From an uncultured Candidatus Nemicrothrix sp. (lineage in GTDB: Bacteria > Actinomycetota > Acidimicrobiia > Acidimicrobiales > Aldehydirespiratoraceae): 55,412 nt of DNA. Both the position numbers and the translations under genes were made by a program. The first letter of the stretch is position 1. Every line of letters begins with the position of its first letter. The notes under the pieces were generated by a model. That model did no database searches, was not told where the DNA came from, and saw only the letters and a list, made by a program, of their open reading frames with translations. The stretch lies in assembly GCA_964344055.1 (NCBI GenBank), contig CAYFLT010000011.1, forward strand, positions 1 to 55,412, given 5' to 3'. Shown piece by piece: positions 7,655 through 16,601 of this stretch.

Positions 7655-9950
7655 CCCAGTCGACGGCTGGCCGGCACGGCTGCGACCGCTGAGAACCACA
7701 GATCGGGAGCGACGGTTCCACGTTCGTCGCCCCGTCGAGGACCACCGGCAAGCTCAACATCGACACCGTGGTGCCACCCAGCCCGACGGACACGTCCGCG
7801 CCGTCGGCGTCGGCTACGACGTCGAACGCCCAGAGATTGCGCGTCCCGCCGGGACTGTCGACCGTGAGACGGATCTCGGAGCCGGCGCGGAACACGTGCG
7901 CGAACGGGAAGATCTCCACGTCGACCCGGTTGAACTCGTCGGCCACCAGCGGGTCGGCGTCTCGTCGCAGATGGGTGTGGAACGCGTCGGTGTCCCAATC
8001 CCCCGTGACGGTCCGGCGGTGGGATGCTCGAAGCCAGCCGGACTGGACGTACATCTCCTGCCCATCGGGACGGACCTCGGAGATCGTGACCTGGAGATCG
8101 ATGTCGTCGAGCTGGGCGCGCACCCAGAGGATCACGTGGCCCGATCCGGCCACGAGCATGTCGGCGTCCAACGGCGCCGTGTCGTACACGAGGGCGTTGC
8201 CTTCGTCGAGCGGCGCCCAGGCGAGGTTGTCGAACTCGTTTGGGTCGTCGCCTTCGTCGGCCGTCTTGGTCAGCTCCTGACTCTGGGCCACGTCGAAGGT
8301 GAACGTCTCGCTCACGGTCTCGGGTGCGACCGCAGTGCTGAGCGAGCCACCGGGGCCGAGGAAGAGCTCCTCTCGGTAGGACGCGGGGATCGGCCAGCGG
8401 TCGAACTCCAGGACCGTCCGCGGAACGGGCGCGCCGGCGACCTCCTCGACCGAGCCCATCTCGAGGAAGAGCCGGATCGCGGGCTCGGACTCGATCGTGT
8501 CCTGGGCCTGCTCGAGGGAGCTGAAACGGTCGTCGGGAAGCTCGATGCCCGGCACGCCGAAGACCTCCTGGTAGAGGAGTGGGGCGCCGAGCCGGATGAA
8601 GGGCGCGACTTCCGGGGTGCGACGAGCGACGTACACGTCGATGAATTCGGCGGCCCGATGGAGAGAGAAGGGGCCGAGAGAGTCGGCATGGGCCCCGTTG
8701 TAGAGGTCGGCCTTGAAGACGGGCGCGCTGGTGAAGTCGTCGAGCATGGTGGCGAAGCGGCCGCCGGTCTGCTCGTCCTGCCACGCGCCGGCGAGGAACA
8801 CGGGTACGTCGATCTGGTCGACGAACGTGCGGGGTGCGATCGGGTCGCCGATGGCGGGGTCGTAGAAGGCGTTGAGCGCGGACTCCTCGATGAGGTCGAC
8901 GTTCTGGGTGCGGAGGGATTGGTTGGCATCGCAGATCTCGTCGCCGTTGTCGACCTCGCGCTGGACCCACTCCTGTCCGTAGGCGTCGTTGCTGCCTTGG
9001 CGGCTGTCGGCCCAGGACTTGGCGAAGCCGTTGTTGTAGATCCCGCCCGGGTAGAGGACCGAACGATAGGTGTCCTCGATCACCGAGATCGGGGTGATGG
9101 CGGCGAGGCTCGGTGGCTGGGTCGACGCGACGAAGAGTTGGCTGATCCCGGAGTACGAGATGCCGACCATGCCGACGTGGCCGTGCTCGACCCAGTCCTG
9201 GGCGGCGATCGCCTCGATCATGTCGTAGCCGTCGGCGACCTGGGCCGGATCCCAGTAGCTGAAGGCACCACCCGAGCAACCGGAGCCTCGGATGTTGACA
9301 CCTACCGTCGCGTAGCCGAGCTGGCGGTAGATGCCGATGGTGGGCTCCTCCTCTTCGGGGTCGGCGGGGTCGTAGCCCGAGTACTCGACGACGGTCGGGA
9401 AGGGCCCGTCGCCTGCGCCATCGGGGAAGCGGACCGTTGCGGCGAGAAGCGTGCCATCACGCATCTCGATGTAGTTGAGCCCCTCGACGAGGGTCTGCCC
9501 GTCGTAGAAGGCCTGGTCGGGGCGGTCGTCGATGCCGATGACCGCGAACGGGTCGCTCATCTTGACCGGACCGTCGCCGGTGTCGCCGACCATGTAGTCG
9601 TCCCGCGGCTCGACGAGGCGGAAGATGAACGAGCCGTTCTCGTCGGCGGTTCCGGCACCCACGATGCCGTCTTCGCCGGCCCACAGCTTCAGGCTTGTGC
9701 CCGGCTCCGCGCCCGTCACGAGCGCCTGGTGGACCCCGCCTTCTGCCACGAACGTTGCCGGGGCGGCGGTCGCCACCTCGAGTGCGGGGCCGTCGTCCTC
9801 GTGTTCGTCCTCGGTGCTGTCGTCGCCGGCGGTGCTGTCCCCGGAGTCGTCACCTCCGGTCGATCCCGTCGGGGAAGACGATCCGTCGTCGCCGCTGCAC
9901 GCGGCAGCGATCAGGAGCGCGACGAGCAGGGGGAGAAGAAGGCGGCGCAT
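7629..9950 (-). CDS. Secreted CocE/NonD-family (S15 X-Pro dipeptidyl-peptidase-like) hydrolase, lipoprotein signal
   Basis: Track ORF, 773 aa. Signal peptide with lipobox: MRRLLLPLLVALLIAAACSG. Serine nucleophile context is GMVGISYSGISQ. Large C-terminal beta-domain. Confidence 0.8.
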   Translation of the reverse strand: MRRLLLPLLVALLIAAACSGDDGSSSPTGSTGGDDSGDSTAGDDSTEDEHEDDGPALEVATAAPATFVAEGGVHQALVTGAEPGTSLKLWAGEDGIVGAGTADENGSFIFRLVEPRDDYMVGDTGDGPVKMSDPFAVIGIDDRPDQAFYDGQTLVEGLNYIEMRDGTLLAATVRFPDGAGDGPFPTVVEYSGYDPADPEEEEPTIGIYRQLGYATVGVNIRGSGCSGGAFSYWDPAQVADGYDMIEAIAAQDWVEHGHVGMVGISYSGISQLFVASTQPPSLAAITPISVIEDTYRSVLYPGGIYNNGFAKSWADSRQGSNDAYGQEWVQREVDNGDEICDANQSLRTQNVDLIEESALNAFYDPAIGDPIAPRTFVDQIDVPVFLAGAWQDEQTGGRFATMLDDFTSAPVFKADLYNGAHADSLGPFSLHRAAEFIDVYVARRTPEVAPFIRLGAPLLYQEVFGVPGIELPDDRFSSLEQAQDTIESEPAIRLFLEMGSVEEVAGAPVPRTVLEFDRWPIPASYREELFLGPGGSLSTAVAPETVSETFTFDVAQSQELTKTADEGDDPNEFDNLAWAPLDEGNALVYDTAPLDADMLVAGSGHVILWVRAQLDDIDLQVTISEVRPDGQEMYVQSGWLRASHRRTVTGDWDTDAFHTHLRRDADPLVADEFNRVDVEIFPFAHVFRAGSEIRLTVDSPGGTRNLWAFDVVADADGADVSVGLGGTTVSMLSLPVVLDGATNVEPSLPICGSQRSQPCRPAVDWVNRSGEQP

Positions 9951-9968
9951 GCCCCGGATCGTACGACA

Positions 9969-9992
9969 GGGGGACAGGTTCCCGTTTGACCT
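9969..9992 (+). repeat. Left copy of a 24-nt inverted repeat bracketing the sigma/sensor operon
   Basis: GGGGGACAGGttCCCGTTTGACCT. The reverse complement of 13300..13323 is GGGGGACAGGcaCCCGTTTGACCT (22/24 identical). Confidence 0.7.
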
Positions 9993-9998
9993 CGACCT

Positions 9999-10020
9999 GT
10001 TGCTTCTGGGGTCTGACCCC
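9999..10020. repeat. Copy 1 of the GTTGCnTnTGGGGTCTGACCCC element (palindromic core GGGGTC-T-GACCCC)
   Basis: gttgcttctggggtctgacccc matches 19053..19074 at 20/22 positions. It lies in the divergent region between the CocE-like and sigma genes. Confidence 0.6.
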
Positions 10021-10086
10021 GTTGTTCACCGCGGAAACCTGACGTCGCTGTGGCGCGATCATGGTGCCGATCGCTCTAGAGGGTGT

Positions 10087-10545
10087 ATGCGGCTGGACCT
10101 GGAGTTCGACGATTTCCTGGTGGACGTGTCGGCGCGTCTGCGTCGAGCCGTGCCCGGGGCGGTGGGCGTCGACGCGGCGGCGGATGCGGTCGCCGAGGCC
10201 TTGGCATGGGCGTGGGAACACCGGGAGCGAGTTGCGGCCATGGACAACCCGCACGGCTACTTGTATCGGATCGCGGTGAACTCCGGTCGGCGGCGACGCA
10301 AGACACCAGACCTTCCACCGGTCGACGCCGCCGCGTTGCCGGAGATCGAACCGGCGCTGGTGCCGGCCCTCCAAGCACTGTCACCGATGCAACGCCAGGC
10401 GGTCTGGCTCGTCCACGCCTGCGAATGGACCTACGCCGAGACCGCCACCGCACTCGACATCTCCGCGTCCGCAGTCGGTACCCATCTCACCCGAGGCATG
10501 ACCCGCCTCCGGACCGCCATCATCGGGGAGGCTGACCATGGTTGA
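10087..10545 (+). CDS. ECF-type RNA polymerase sigma-70 family factor (actinobacterial SigE-like subgroup)
   Basis: Track ORF 9625..10545 trimmed to ATG 10087 (MRLDLEFDDF). Region 2-like segment is NPHGYLYRIAVNSGRRRR. Region 4 HTH is LSPMQRQAVWLVHACEWTYAETATALDISASAVGTHLTRGMTRL. Confidence 0.8.
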   Translation: MRLDLEFDDFLVDVSARLRRAVPGAVGVDAAADAVAEALAWAWEHRERVAAMDNPHGYLYRIAVNSGRRRRKTPDLPPVDAAALPEIEPALVPALQALSPMQRQAVWLVHACEWTYAETATALDISASAVGTHLTRGMTRLRTAIIGEADHG

Positions 10546-13294
10546 TCTCGAGACCCAGCTGCGCCGCTATGCCGACCAGGTCGAGGCCGAAGTGGGCGCC
10601 GTAGACGTCCCCGCGCGGACCTCTACCAGGGGACGAATCCCGGTGGTCGCCGTTGTCGCCGCGACGTTGGTCGCGCTGGTCGGCATCGCTCTGTGGACGA
10701 CCCGGGACGTCGGCTCCAACCAACCCGCGGGTACTCCCGATGTCATCGTCGACGACGAGCCGTCCGAAGACGAGAATCCGTCACAGGTCCTCGACGAGGA
10801 TGACATCGGTGACGGCGCCCGGGACGACGGGTCGATCCTGCTCAGGTCGCCCTTCGCGGAGAGTCCCCTTTCCCCGAGACACTCTGCACTCGTGCTCCCG
10901 ATCGACGACGGCTCCCGGATACTGGTGTGGGGCGGCCATGTCGAGTCGATGAACATCGGCCGGGCCGACCTCGCGAGTGCCGTGATGAACGACGGCGCGA
11001 TCTACGACGTGGAGTCCGACAGCTGGTCGATGATCGCGGCGGCACCGGACTCGCTGGCCGTCGCGCAGGCCCCGTCCGGGATCGTCGTTCCGGAAGGGGT
11101 CGTGGTCGCCCGGGGCCCAGGCCTGGCACTCTACGACTCCGAGATCGACGAGTGGACCGAGTTCGCACGGCTCGAACGTGGCATCGATCAATGGTTCCTG
11201 CTCGACGACGGGACTCTCGTCGGCGCCGGCGATGCATCGGTTGGAAGTCTCGACGTATCGAACGGCGTCTGGCTCCAGCGACTCGAATTGGATGGCCCGC
11301 GGCATTCGTCATGGACGTGGACGTCGACCGGTCGACAGATCTGGGGACTCGTCGACGATCCGACCGGGGCCGGCGAAGTGGTGAGCTGGGAACCGGAGCT
11401 CGACGGAGCGTCTCTCTCATGGCCGGGCCGTCTGTCCGGCTTCCGTGACCTCGCCTGGTTCGGCGACCGACTGGTCGTCGCCGACGAGTCCGGTGTGGTC
11501 CAGTCGTGGCAACCCGGGACCAAGGTGCTCGCCGAGACGATCGGCACGATCTCCCCGAACAGCTACGAGGGTCCACCCGAGATCCGAGTGTTGGATGGAG
11601 TGCTCAGCGTGGAAGCGAGCCCGGGCCATTTCGTCTGGAACGGGGAGTTCTTCGAGCCTCGGGTGCTCCCAGGAGGCGTCGGCGGAGCAGCCGTCGCGCG
11701 GATCGACGGGGAGGCGGTCTGGCTCACCTTCGGTCTCGACCACCCGGAAACCCGGGGGACCGAACTCTTCACCACTCCGCGCCCTGGTCCCGGCGATGCG
11801 ACCACCGTCCTTCTGGGGCGGGCACTGATCGACATCCCGGATGGGTTCGAACTGGACGGCTATATGACCGACTCGGCAGCCGGTGTGGAGCGGATCGCCC
11901 TCGGACGGACCCAGCAGGCTGGAGGCTGCTCTGTGGAGCACTCCCTCGCACCGGCTGACGGTGCGGGCGACGCACACGAAGTCGTGATGCTCGAGGACGG
12001 GAAGGTGTCGGTCACCTGCTCGGTGTCGGCCTATGCCCGGACCGTGGCCGCCGCCGTCTCTCCACTCGCGACGGCGAGTGAATGGAGCCCGGCCCCTCCT
12101 GCGGTGGTGGTCCCCCAGCTCGATGGGCTGTTCGCCGACACCGCCATCCAGACGCTACGAAACGCGGGGCTCGATGTCGTTCCGGTCTTCGAGTCGGTGG
12201 CGGAGGATTCGCCGTTCGTCGGTCGGGTGGTCGATCAGTCACCGGCCGCCTTCGATGAGGTACCCGAGGGGACGGTCGTGACGATCACGATTGGCGAAGC
12301 CGGTGTTCTCGCCGGTGACCCGCTGCCGTCGACGTCGATCGTCGGGGGCGGGCCGCTGTGCGCATCCGCGCCGGCGTGGAACGGAGCGGTGACGGTCGGG
12401 TCGTCACCTCGGATTGGGCCGGCCTGGCCTGTGCAGGAGGGTGACCTTCTCGTCCAGGACGGGCCTTTCGTCCACGCATTCGACAGCTTCAACGGCTTCG
12501 AAGACCGGGGAGTGCTGGTGGAAGGCGACTTCGCGGACGGCACCGTGCACTCCGACGGCTCGGGTGGGGTTGTTGCGCAGTACGACGGCATCGGCGGGTT
12601 CGTTCACGTATCGGGCGACCGCACGGTCCGCGGGATCGAGCTGCCCGGCCCGGCATCGGAGTACTGGCTGGGTGGCGTCGCCCACGTGGACGACATTCCG
12701 CACGTCTATGCCAGCCGGATTCCTCCGGATGGGTACGAGGTCGGCATGGGTGACCTCGTTCTCGTGCCGCTCGGCGGCGGACCGGAACGGGTGGTCACCC
12801 AGATCGTCTTCGAGGAGACCGGCGCGCGCCCACTGTGGAACGGCCGCTACTTCGTGCTCCAGTGGGGGAGTCTCGGTGACGTGTGGTTCTCAGCGGTCGA
12901 TGTCGACGGCAACGAACTCGACCAGGACTGGAATCGCTGGCCGGTCGGCAACGGGTTCGTCGAGGGTGCCACCACCCTTCGTGTCGGAGTGTTCGAGTGG
13001 CAGGTCTATGTCGCCGAGTCGGACCCTGAGGCCGGCACCGTCACCATCGAGGGCTTCGCAGCTTGGGGTGACCAGGTCCATCCTCCGGAGACCATCTCGG
13101 TCGACGTCGGACTGCTCGGCCTGCACTCGATCATTCCGCTCGGTGACCGGGAGCTGTTGGTCGTCGAGACGCCCGATGGACCGTGCGCCCGCGTCGTCGA
13201 GTTCGAGCGCTCCTTCGACCTGCCGGTCCGGGGCTACGTGACCGCAACCGAGGGTTTCGGCTGGCCGCCGGATGGAGAACTCGGTCAGCCCTAG
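10538..13294 (+). CDS. Single-pass membrane protein with a large extracytoplasmic region (Kelch-like repeats plus one PASTA domain); candidate anti-sigma or sensor partner
   Basis: Track ORF, 918 aa. The start overlaps the sigma stop by 8 nt. TM segment is IPVVAVVAATLVALVGIALW after about 35 cytoplasmic aa. Kelch-like segment: DGAIYDVESDSWSMIAAAP. PASTA-like segment (about 12104-12298): VVVPQLDGLFADTAIQTLRNAGLDVVPVFESVAEDSPFVGRVVDQSPAAFDEVPEGTVVTITIGE. Confidence 0.75.
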   Translation: MVDLETQLRRYADQVEAEVGAVDVPARTSTRGRIPVVAVVAATLVALVGIALWTTRDVGSNQPAGTPDVIVDDEPSEDENPSQVLDEDDIGDGARDDGSILLRSPFAESPLSPRHSALVLPIDDGSRILVWGGHVESMNIGRADLASAVMNDGAIYDVESDSWSMIAAAPDSLAVAQAPSGIVVPEGVVVARGPGLALYDSEIDEWTEFARLERGIDQWFLLDDGTLVGAGDASVGSLDVSNGVWLQRLELDGPRHSSWTWTSTGRQIWGLVDDPTGAGEVVSWEPELDGASLSWPGRLSGFRDLAWFGDRLVVADESGVVQSWQPGTKVLAETIGTISPNSYEGPPEIRVLDGVLSVEASPGHFVWNGEFFEPRVLPGGVGGAAVARIDGEAVWLTFGLDHPETRGTELFTTPRPGPGDATTVLLGRALIDIPDGFELDGYMTDSAAGVERIALGRTQQAGGCSVEHSLAPADGAGDAHEVVMLEDGKVSVTCSVSAYARTVAAAVSPLATASEWSPAPPAVVVPQLDGLFADTAIQTLRNAGLDVVPVFESVAEDSPFVGRVVDQSPAAFDEVPEGTVVTITIGEAGVLAGDPLPSTSIVGGGPLCASAPAWNGAVTVGSSPRIGPAWPVQEGDLLVQDGPFVHAFDSFNGFEDRGVLVEGDFADGTVHSDGSGGVVAQYDGIGGFVHVSGDRTVRGIELPGPASEYWLGGVAHVDDIPHVYASRIPPDGYEVGMGDLVLVPLGGGPERVVTQIVFEETGARPLWNGRYFVLQWGSLGDVWFSAVDVDGNELDQDWNRWPVGNGFVEGATTLRVGVFEWQVYVAESDPEAGTVTIEGFAAWGDQVHPPETISVDVGLLGLHSIIPLGDRELLVVETPDGPCARVVEFERSFDLPVRGYVTATEGFGWPPDGELGQP

Positions 13295-13299
13295 CCGGA

Positions 13300-13323
13300 A
13301 GGTCAAACGGGTGCCTGTCCCCC
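13300..13323 (-). repeat. Right copy of the 24-nt inverted repeat; overlaps the last codons and stop of the ABC transporter gene
   Basis: Plus strand reads AGGTCAAACGGGtgCCTGTCCCCC. On the minus strand it encodes ...GGQAPV-stop of the ABC protein. Confidence 0.7.
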
Positions 13324-15183
13324 CGTTTCGGCTCGGACGAGGGTTTCGTAGAGGTCGGCGTAGAGGCCGCCGGCGTTGCGGAGTTCGTCGTGGCGGCCCT
13401 GCTCGACCACGCGGCCGTCGTCGAGGACGACGATCAGGTCGGCGTCGGTGATGGTGGACAGGCGGTGGGCGATCACGAGCGAGGTCCGGCCCTCCAACGC
13501 AACAGCCAACGCCTCCTGCACCGCAGCCTCGTTCTCGGTGTCGAGGTGGCTGGTGGCCTCGTCGAGCACGACGATGCACGGGTCCTTCAGCAGCATCCTC
13601 GCGATCGCGAGCCGCTGCTTCTCGCCGCCGGACAGGCGGTAGCCCCGCTCGCCGACGACGGTGTCGTAACCCTCGGGGAGCGCGGCGATCACATCGTGGA
13701 TCCGAGCCGCCCGGCACGCCTCGATCAGCTCCTCTTCGGTGGCCCCCGGCCGGGCGTAGCGGAGGTTGGCGCCGACGGTGTCGTGGAACAGATGAGGGTC
13801 CTGGGACACCACACCGATCGCGCGGCGCAACGAGTGCTGGCTGACCGCCCGCACATCGTGACCGTCGACCGAGATCGAGCCGGCGGTGACGTCGTAGAGC
13901 CGTGGCACCAGCGACGTCATCGTCGTCTTGCCCGCCCCCGACGGGCCTACGATCGCCACCATCTGTCCGGGGTCGACCGACAGGTTCACGTCCGAGAGAA
14001 CGTCATCGAGTGACCCGGTCCGCTCAGCACCGCCGAGCGACTCCGGCGTTCCCTCCGCGGGATCGGGATACCGGAACGAGACCTCGTTGAACCGGAGTGC
14101 GCCCGATGGGGTACGCAGCTCGATGGGATCCTCGGGGTCGGTGATGGGGTTGGGTGTGTCCAGCACCTCGAACACCCGCTCGAACGACACGAAGGCAGTC
14201 ATGATGTCGACCCTCGCGTTCGAGAGCGAGGTGAGCGGCATGTAGATGCGCACCGTGTAGAGACCCAGGGCGACGAGCGTGCCGGCCGTGATGTCGCGAT
14301 CGATGACGAGGTGCCCACCCAGCCAGTAGACGATGGCCGTTCCGATGGCGCCGACGAGCGTGAGCGCCACGAGGAACACCCGGCTGTACATGGCCGAGCG
14401 CACGCCGATGTCGCGGACCTGGCCGGCGGTGTCGGCGAAGTCGGCTGCTTCGGCGTCGTGGCGTCCGAACAGCTTCACCAGGAGCGCCCCGGCCACGTTG
14501 AACCGTTCGGTCATCGTGTTGTTCATCGACGCGTTGAGGTTCATGCCTTCGCGGGTGATGTCCTGGAGGCCGGCCCCGACCCGCCGGGCCGGCAACACGA
14601 AGAACGGAAGGATCACGATCGCCAGCAGGGTGAGCCGCCACTCGAGCAGCAGCATCGCGATGAGGGTGCCGGCCAGCGTGATCACGTTGCCGACCACGGT
14701 GCCGAGCGTGCCGGTGAAGGCGCGCTGGGCGCCGATGACGTCGTTGTTGAGGCGGGAGATCAGGGTGCCGGTCTGGGTACGCGTGAAGAAGGCCAGCGGC
14801 ATCCGCTGGACGTGATCGAAGAGCTTCACCCGGAGATCGAAAATGAGGCCCTCGCCGATGCGTGACGACAGCCACCGCTCGACCAGCGCCAGCACGGCCT
14901 CGCCCATCGCCGCGACGACCATCACCGTGAACAGGACGTTGAGGTAGCCGCCGTTGTTGTCGACGATCGCCACGTCGAACACCTTGCGGATCAGCAGGGG
15001 CGGAAGCAGACCGAGGAAGGTCGACGCCACGATCGTCACGACGAACGCCACGATCAGGGCCCGGTAGGGCCGAGCGAATGCCATGACCCGCTGGCGCGTC
15101 TCGCGATTGATCTGCTTGCCATCGAGGCCGGATCGGTCCATCGACATCGAGTGCATGATCTGGAACGGACTCGGCGCAGTCAT
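13303..15183 (-). CDS. ABC exporter, fused permease/ATPase (MsbA-like)
   Basis: Track ORF, 626 aa. Six N-terminal TM segments. Walker A GPSGAGKTT, signature LSGGEKQR, Walker B IVVLDEATS. Confidence 0.9.
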   Translation of the reverse strand: MTAPSPFQIMHSMSMDRSGLDGKQINRETRQRVMAFARPYRALIVAFVVTIVASTFLGLLPPLLIRKVFDVAIVDNNGGYLNVLFTVMVVAAMGEAVLALVERWLSSRIGEGLIFDLRVKLFDHVQRMPLAFFTRTQTGTLISRLNNDVIGAQRAFTGTLGTVVGNVITLAGTLIAMLLLEWRLTLLAIVILPFFVLPARRVGAGLQDITREGMNLNASMNNTMTERFNVAGALLVKLFGRHDAEAADFADTAGQVRDIGVRSAMYSRVFLVALTLVGAIGTAIVYWLGGHLVIDRDITAGTLVALGLYTVRIYMPLTSLSNARVDIMTAFVSFERVFEVLDTPNPITDPEDPIELRTPSGALRFNEVSFRYPDPAEGTPESLGGAERTGSLDDVLSDVNLSVDPGQMVAIVGPSGAGKTTMTSLVPRLYDVTAGSISVDGHDVRAVSQHSLRRAIGVVSQDPHLFHDTVGANLRYARPGATEEELIEACRAARIHDVIAALPEGYDTVVGERGYRLSGGEKQRLAIARMLLKDPCIVVLDEATSHLDTENEAAVQEALAVALEGRTSLVIAHRLSTITDADLIVVLDDGRVVEQGRHDELRNAGGLYADLYETLVRAETGGQAPV

Positions 15184-15242
15184 GCAGGCGAGCCTACGGA
15201 CCTCCTCGGAGGTTCACGGACGCAGCACTAGCGTGAAGCCGA

Positions 15243-16601
15243 ATGAATCAGCCGTCCTCCGCGCTGTACACGGACCACTACGAGCTCACGATGGTGGCTT
15301 CGGCTCTCGAGTCCGGAATCGCCGATCGCCGCGCCGTGTTCGAGGTGTTCGCCCGCCGCCTCCCCGCGGGGCGCGCCTACGGCGTCGTTGCCGGTATCGA
15401 CCGGCTCCTCGATGCCGTCAACCGATTCCGATTCGACGACGCCACGGTCGCCCACCTGGTCGCCACCGGTGTGGTCGACGAGGGCCCGATGGCCGACTGG
15501 CTCCGGGCCTACCGGTTCCACGGTGACATCACCGGCTACCCCACCGGCGAACTCTTCTTCCCGTACAGCCCCGTGCTGACGGTCGCCGGCTCGTTCGCAG
15601 AATGCGTTGTGTTGGAGACCGTGCTGCTTTCGGTGCTCAACCATGACTGTGCCGTGGCGAGTGCGGCTGCTCGGATGGCCGACGCGGCGGGCGGCCGCCT
15701 GCTCATCGAGGGGGGAGCCCGCCGCACCGATCCGGAATCGGCGGTCGCTGCCGCTCGGGCCGGCTACATCGGTGGGTTCGACACCACGTCGAATCTCGAA
15801 GCGGGGCGGCGTCATGGCATCCCGACCGGCGGCACCACCGCCCACGCCTTCGTCCTCGCGCACGCCAGCGAGGAGGCTGCGTTCGCAGCGCAGCGCGACA
15901 CTCTCGGGGTCGGGTCGACCTACCTCGTCGACACCTTCGACGTGATGGACGGGATTCGCCGAGCCGTCGCCACCGTCGGCCCCGACATCGGCGCGGTGCG
16001 CATCGATTCGGGCGAATTGCTGGCCGACAGCCGCGCCGCCCGGGCCCTCCTCGATGACCTCGGTGCCACTGACTGCCGGATCGTCGTCTCGAGCGACCTC
16101 GACGAATTCCGGGTGGCCGAGCTCGAGGCCGCCGGAGCGCCGATCGATGCCTACCTCGTCGGCACCAGCCTGGTCACCGGATCCGGTCACCCGACGGCCC
16201 AGATGGTCTACAAGCTCGTGTCGATCGCCGAGGATGATTCGCCGGCGAGCGAGCTGCGAGCGGTCGGCAAGCTGTCGCCTGGCAAGCGCACGCTCGGCGG
16301 ACGCAAGGACGTGCATCGCACCGTCGACGCCGACGGGTACTTCACCAGTGAGGTGCTGTCGGTGCTGCCGGTCGAGTTGTCCGACGACACCATGGCGCCC
16401 CAGGTCGCACTGGTACGAGACGGCGAGATCATGGTGGACGTCACCAACGCGGACGAGGCCAGGGCCCGCTGCGCCGAACGGCGGAACCGGCTTCATCCGA
16501 TCGATCGCACGCCGTGGCCGTCGCATGCCCCCGCCATCCCGACCGTCTGGGAAGGTGTGGAGGAGCCGCTGTCCGTTCCGGTGGCCCAAGGAGGCTTCTG
16601 A
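15243..16601 (+). CDS. pncB: Nicotinate phosphoribosyltransferase
   Basis: Track ORF, 452 aa. The N-terminus LYTDHYELTMV is typical of NAPRTase. Followed by and overlapping a nicotinamidase gene. Confidence 0.85.
   Translation: MNQPSSALYTDHYELTMVASALESGIADRRAVFEVFARRLPAGRAYGVVAGIDRLLDAVNRFRFDDATVAHLVATGVVDEGPMADWLRAYRFHGDITGYPTGELFFPYSPVLTVAGSFAECVVLETVLLSVLNHDCAVASAAARMADAAGGRLLIEGGARRTDPESAVAAARAGYIGGFDTTSNLEAGRRHGIPTGGTTAHAFVLAHASEEAAFAAQRDTLGVGSTYLVDTFDVMDGIRRAVATVGPDIGAVRIDSGELLADSRAARALLDDLGATDCRIVVSSDLDEFRVAELEAAGAPIDAYLVGTSLVTGSGHPTAQMVYKLVSIAEDDSPASELRAVGKLSPGKRTLGGRKDVHRTVDADGYFTSEVLSVLPVELSDDTMAPQVALVRDGEIMVDVTNADEARARCAERRNRLHPIDRTPWPSHAPAIPTVWEGVEEPLSVPVAQGGF

Noticed and set aside
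7513-9279. Long Arg/Pro/Gly-rich ORFs overlapping real genes in other frames or antisense (for example 7513..9279, 7896..9989, 14024..14875, 15228..16589, 49067..50353, 51102..52262, 51145..52434, 52386..53684)
   Set aside because: These are typical shadow ORFs of high-GC DNA, with low-complexity R/P/G/A composition and no motifs. Each is fully explained by a partner frame that carries clear family signatures.
10601-10626. GTAGACGTCCCCGCGCGGACCTCTAC inside the sensor gene, resembling the ACGTCCCCGCGGGGACGT palindrome family
   Set aside because: It lies inside a CDS near its 5' end and has a disrupted core, so it may be a chance resemblance in GC-rich coding sequence. I did not count it as a family member.
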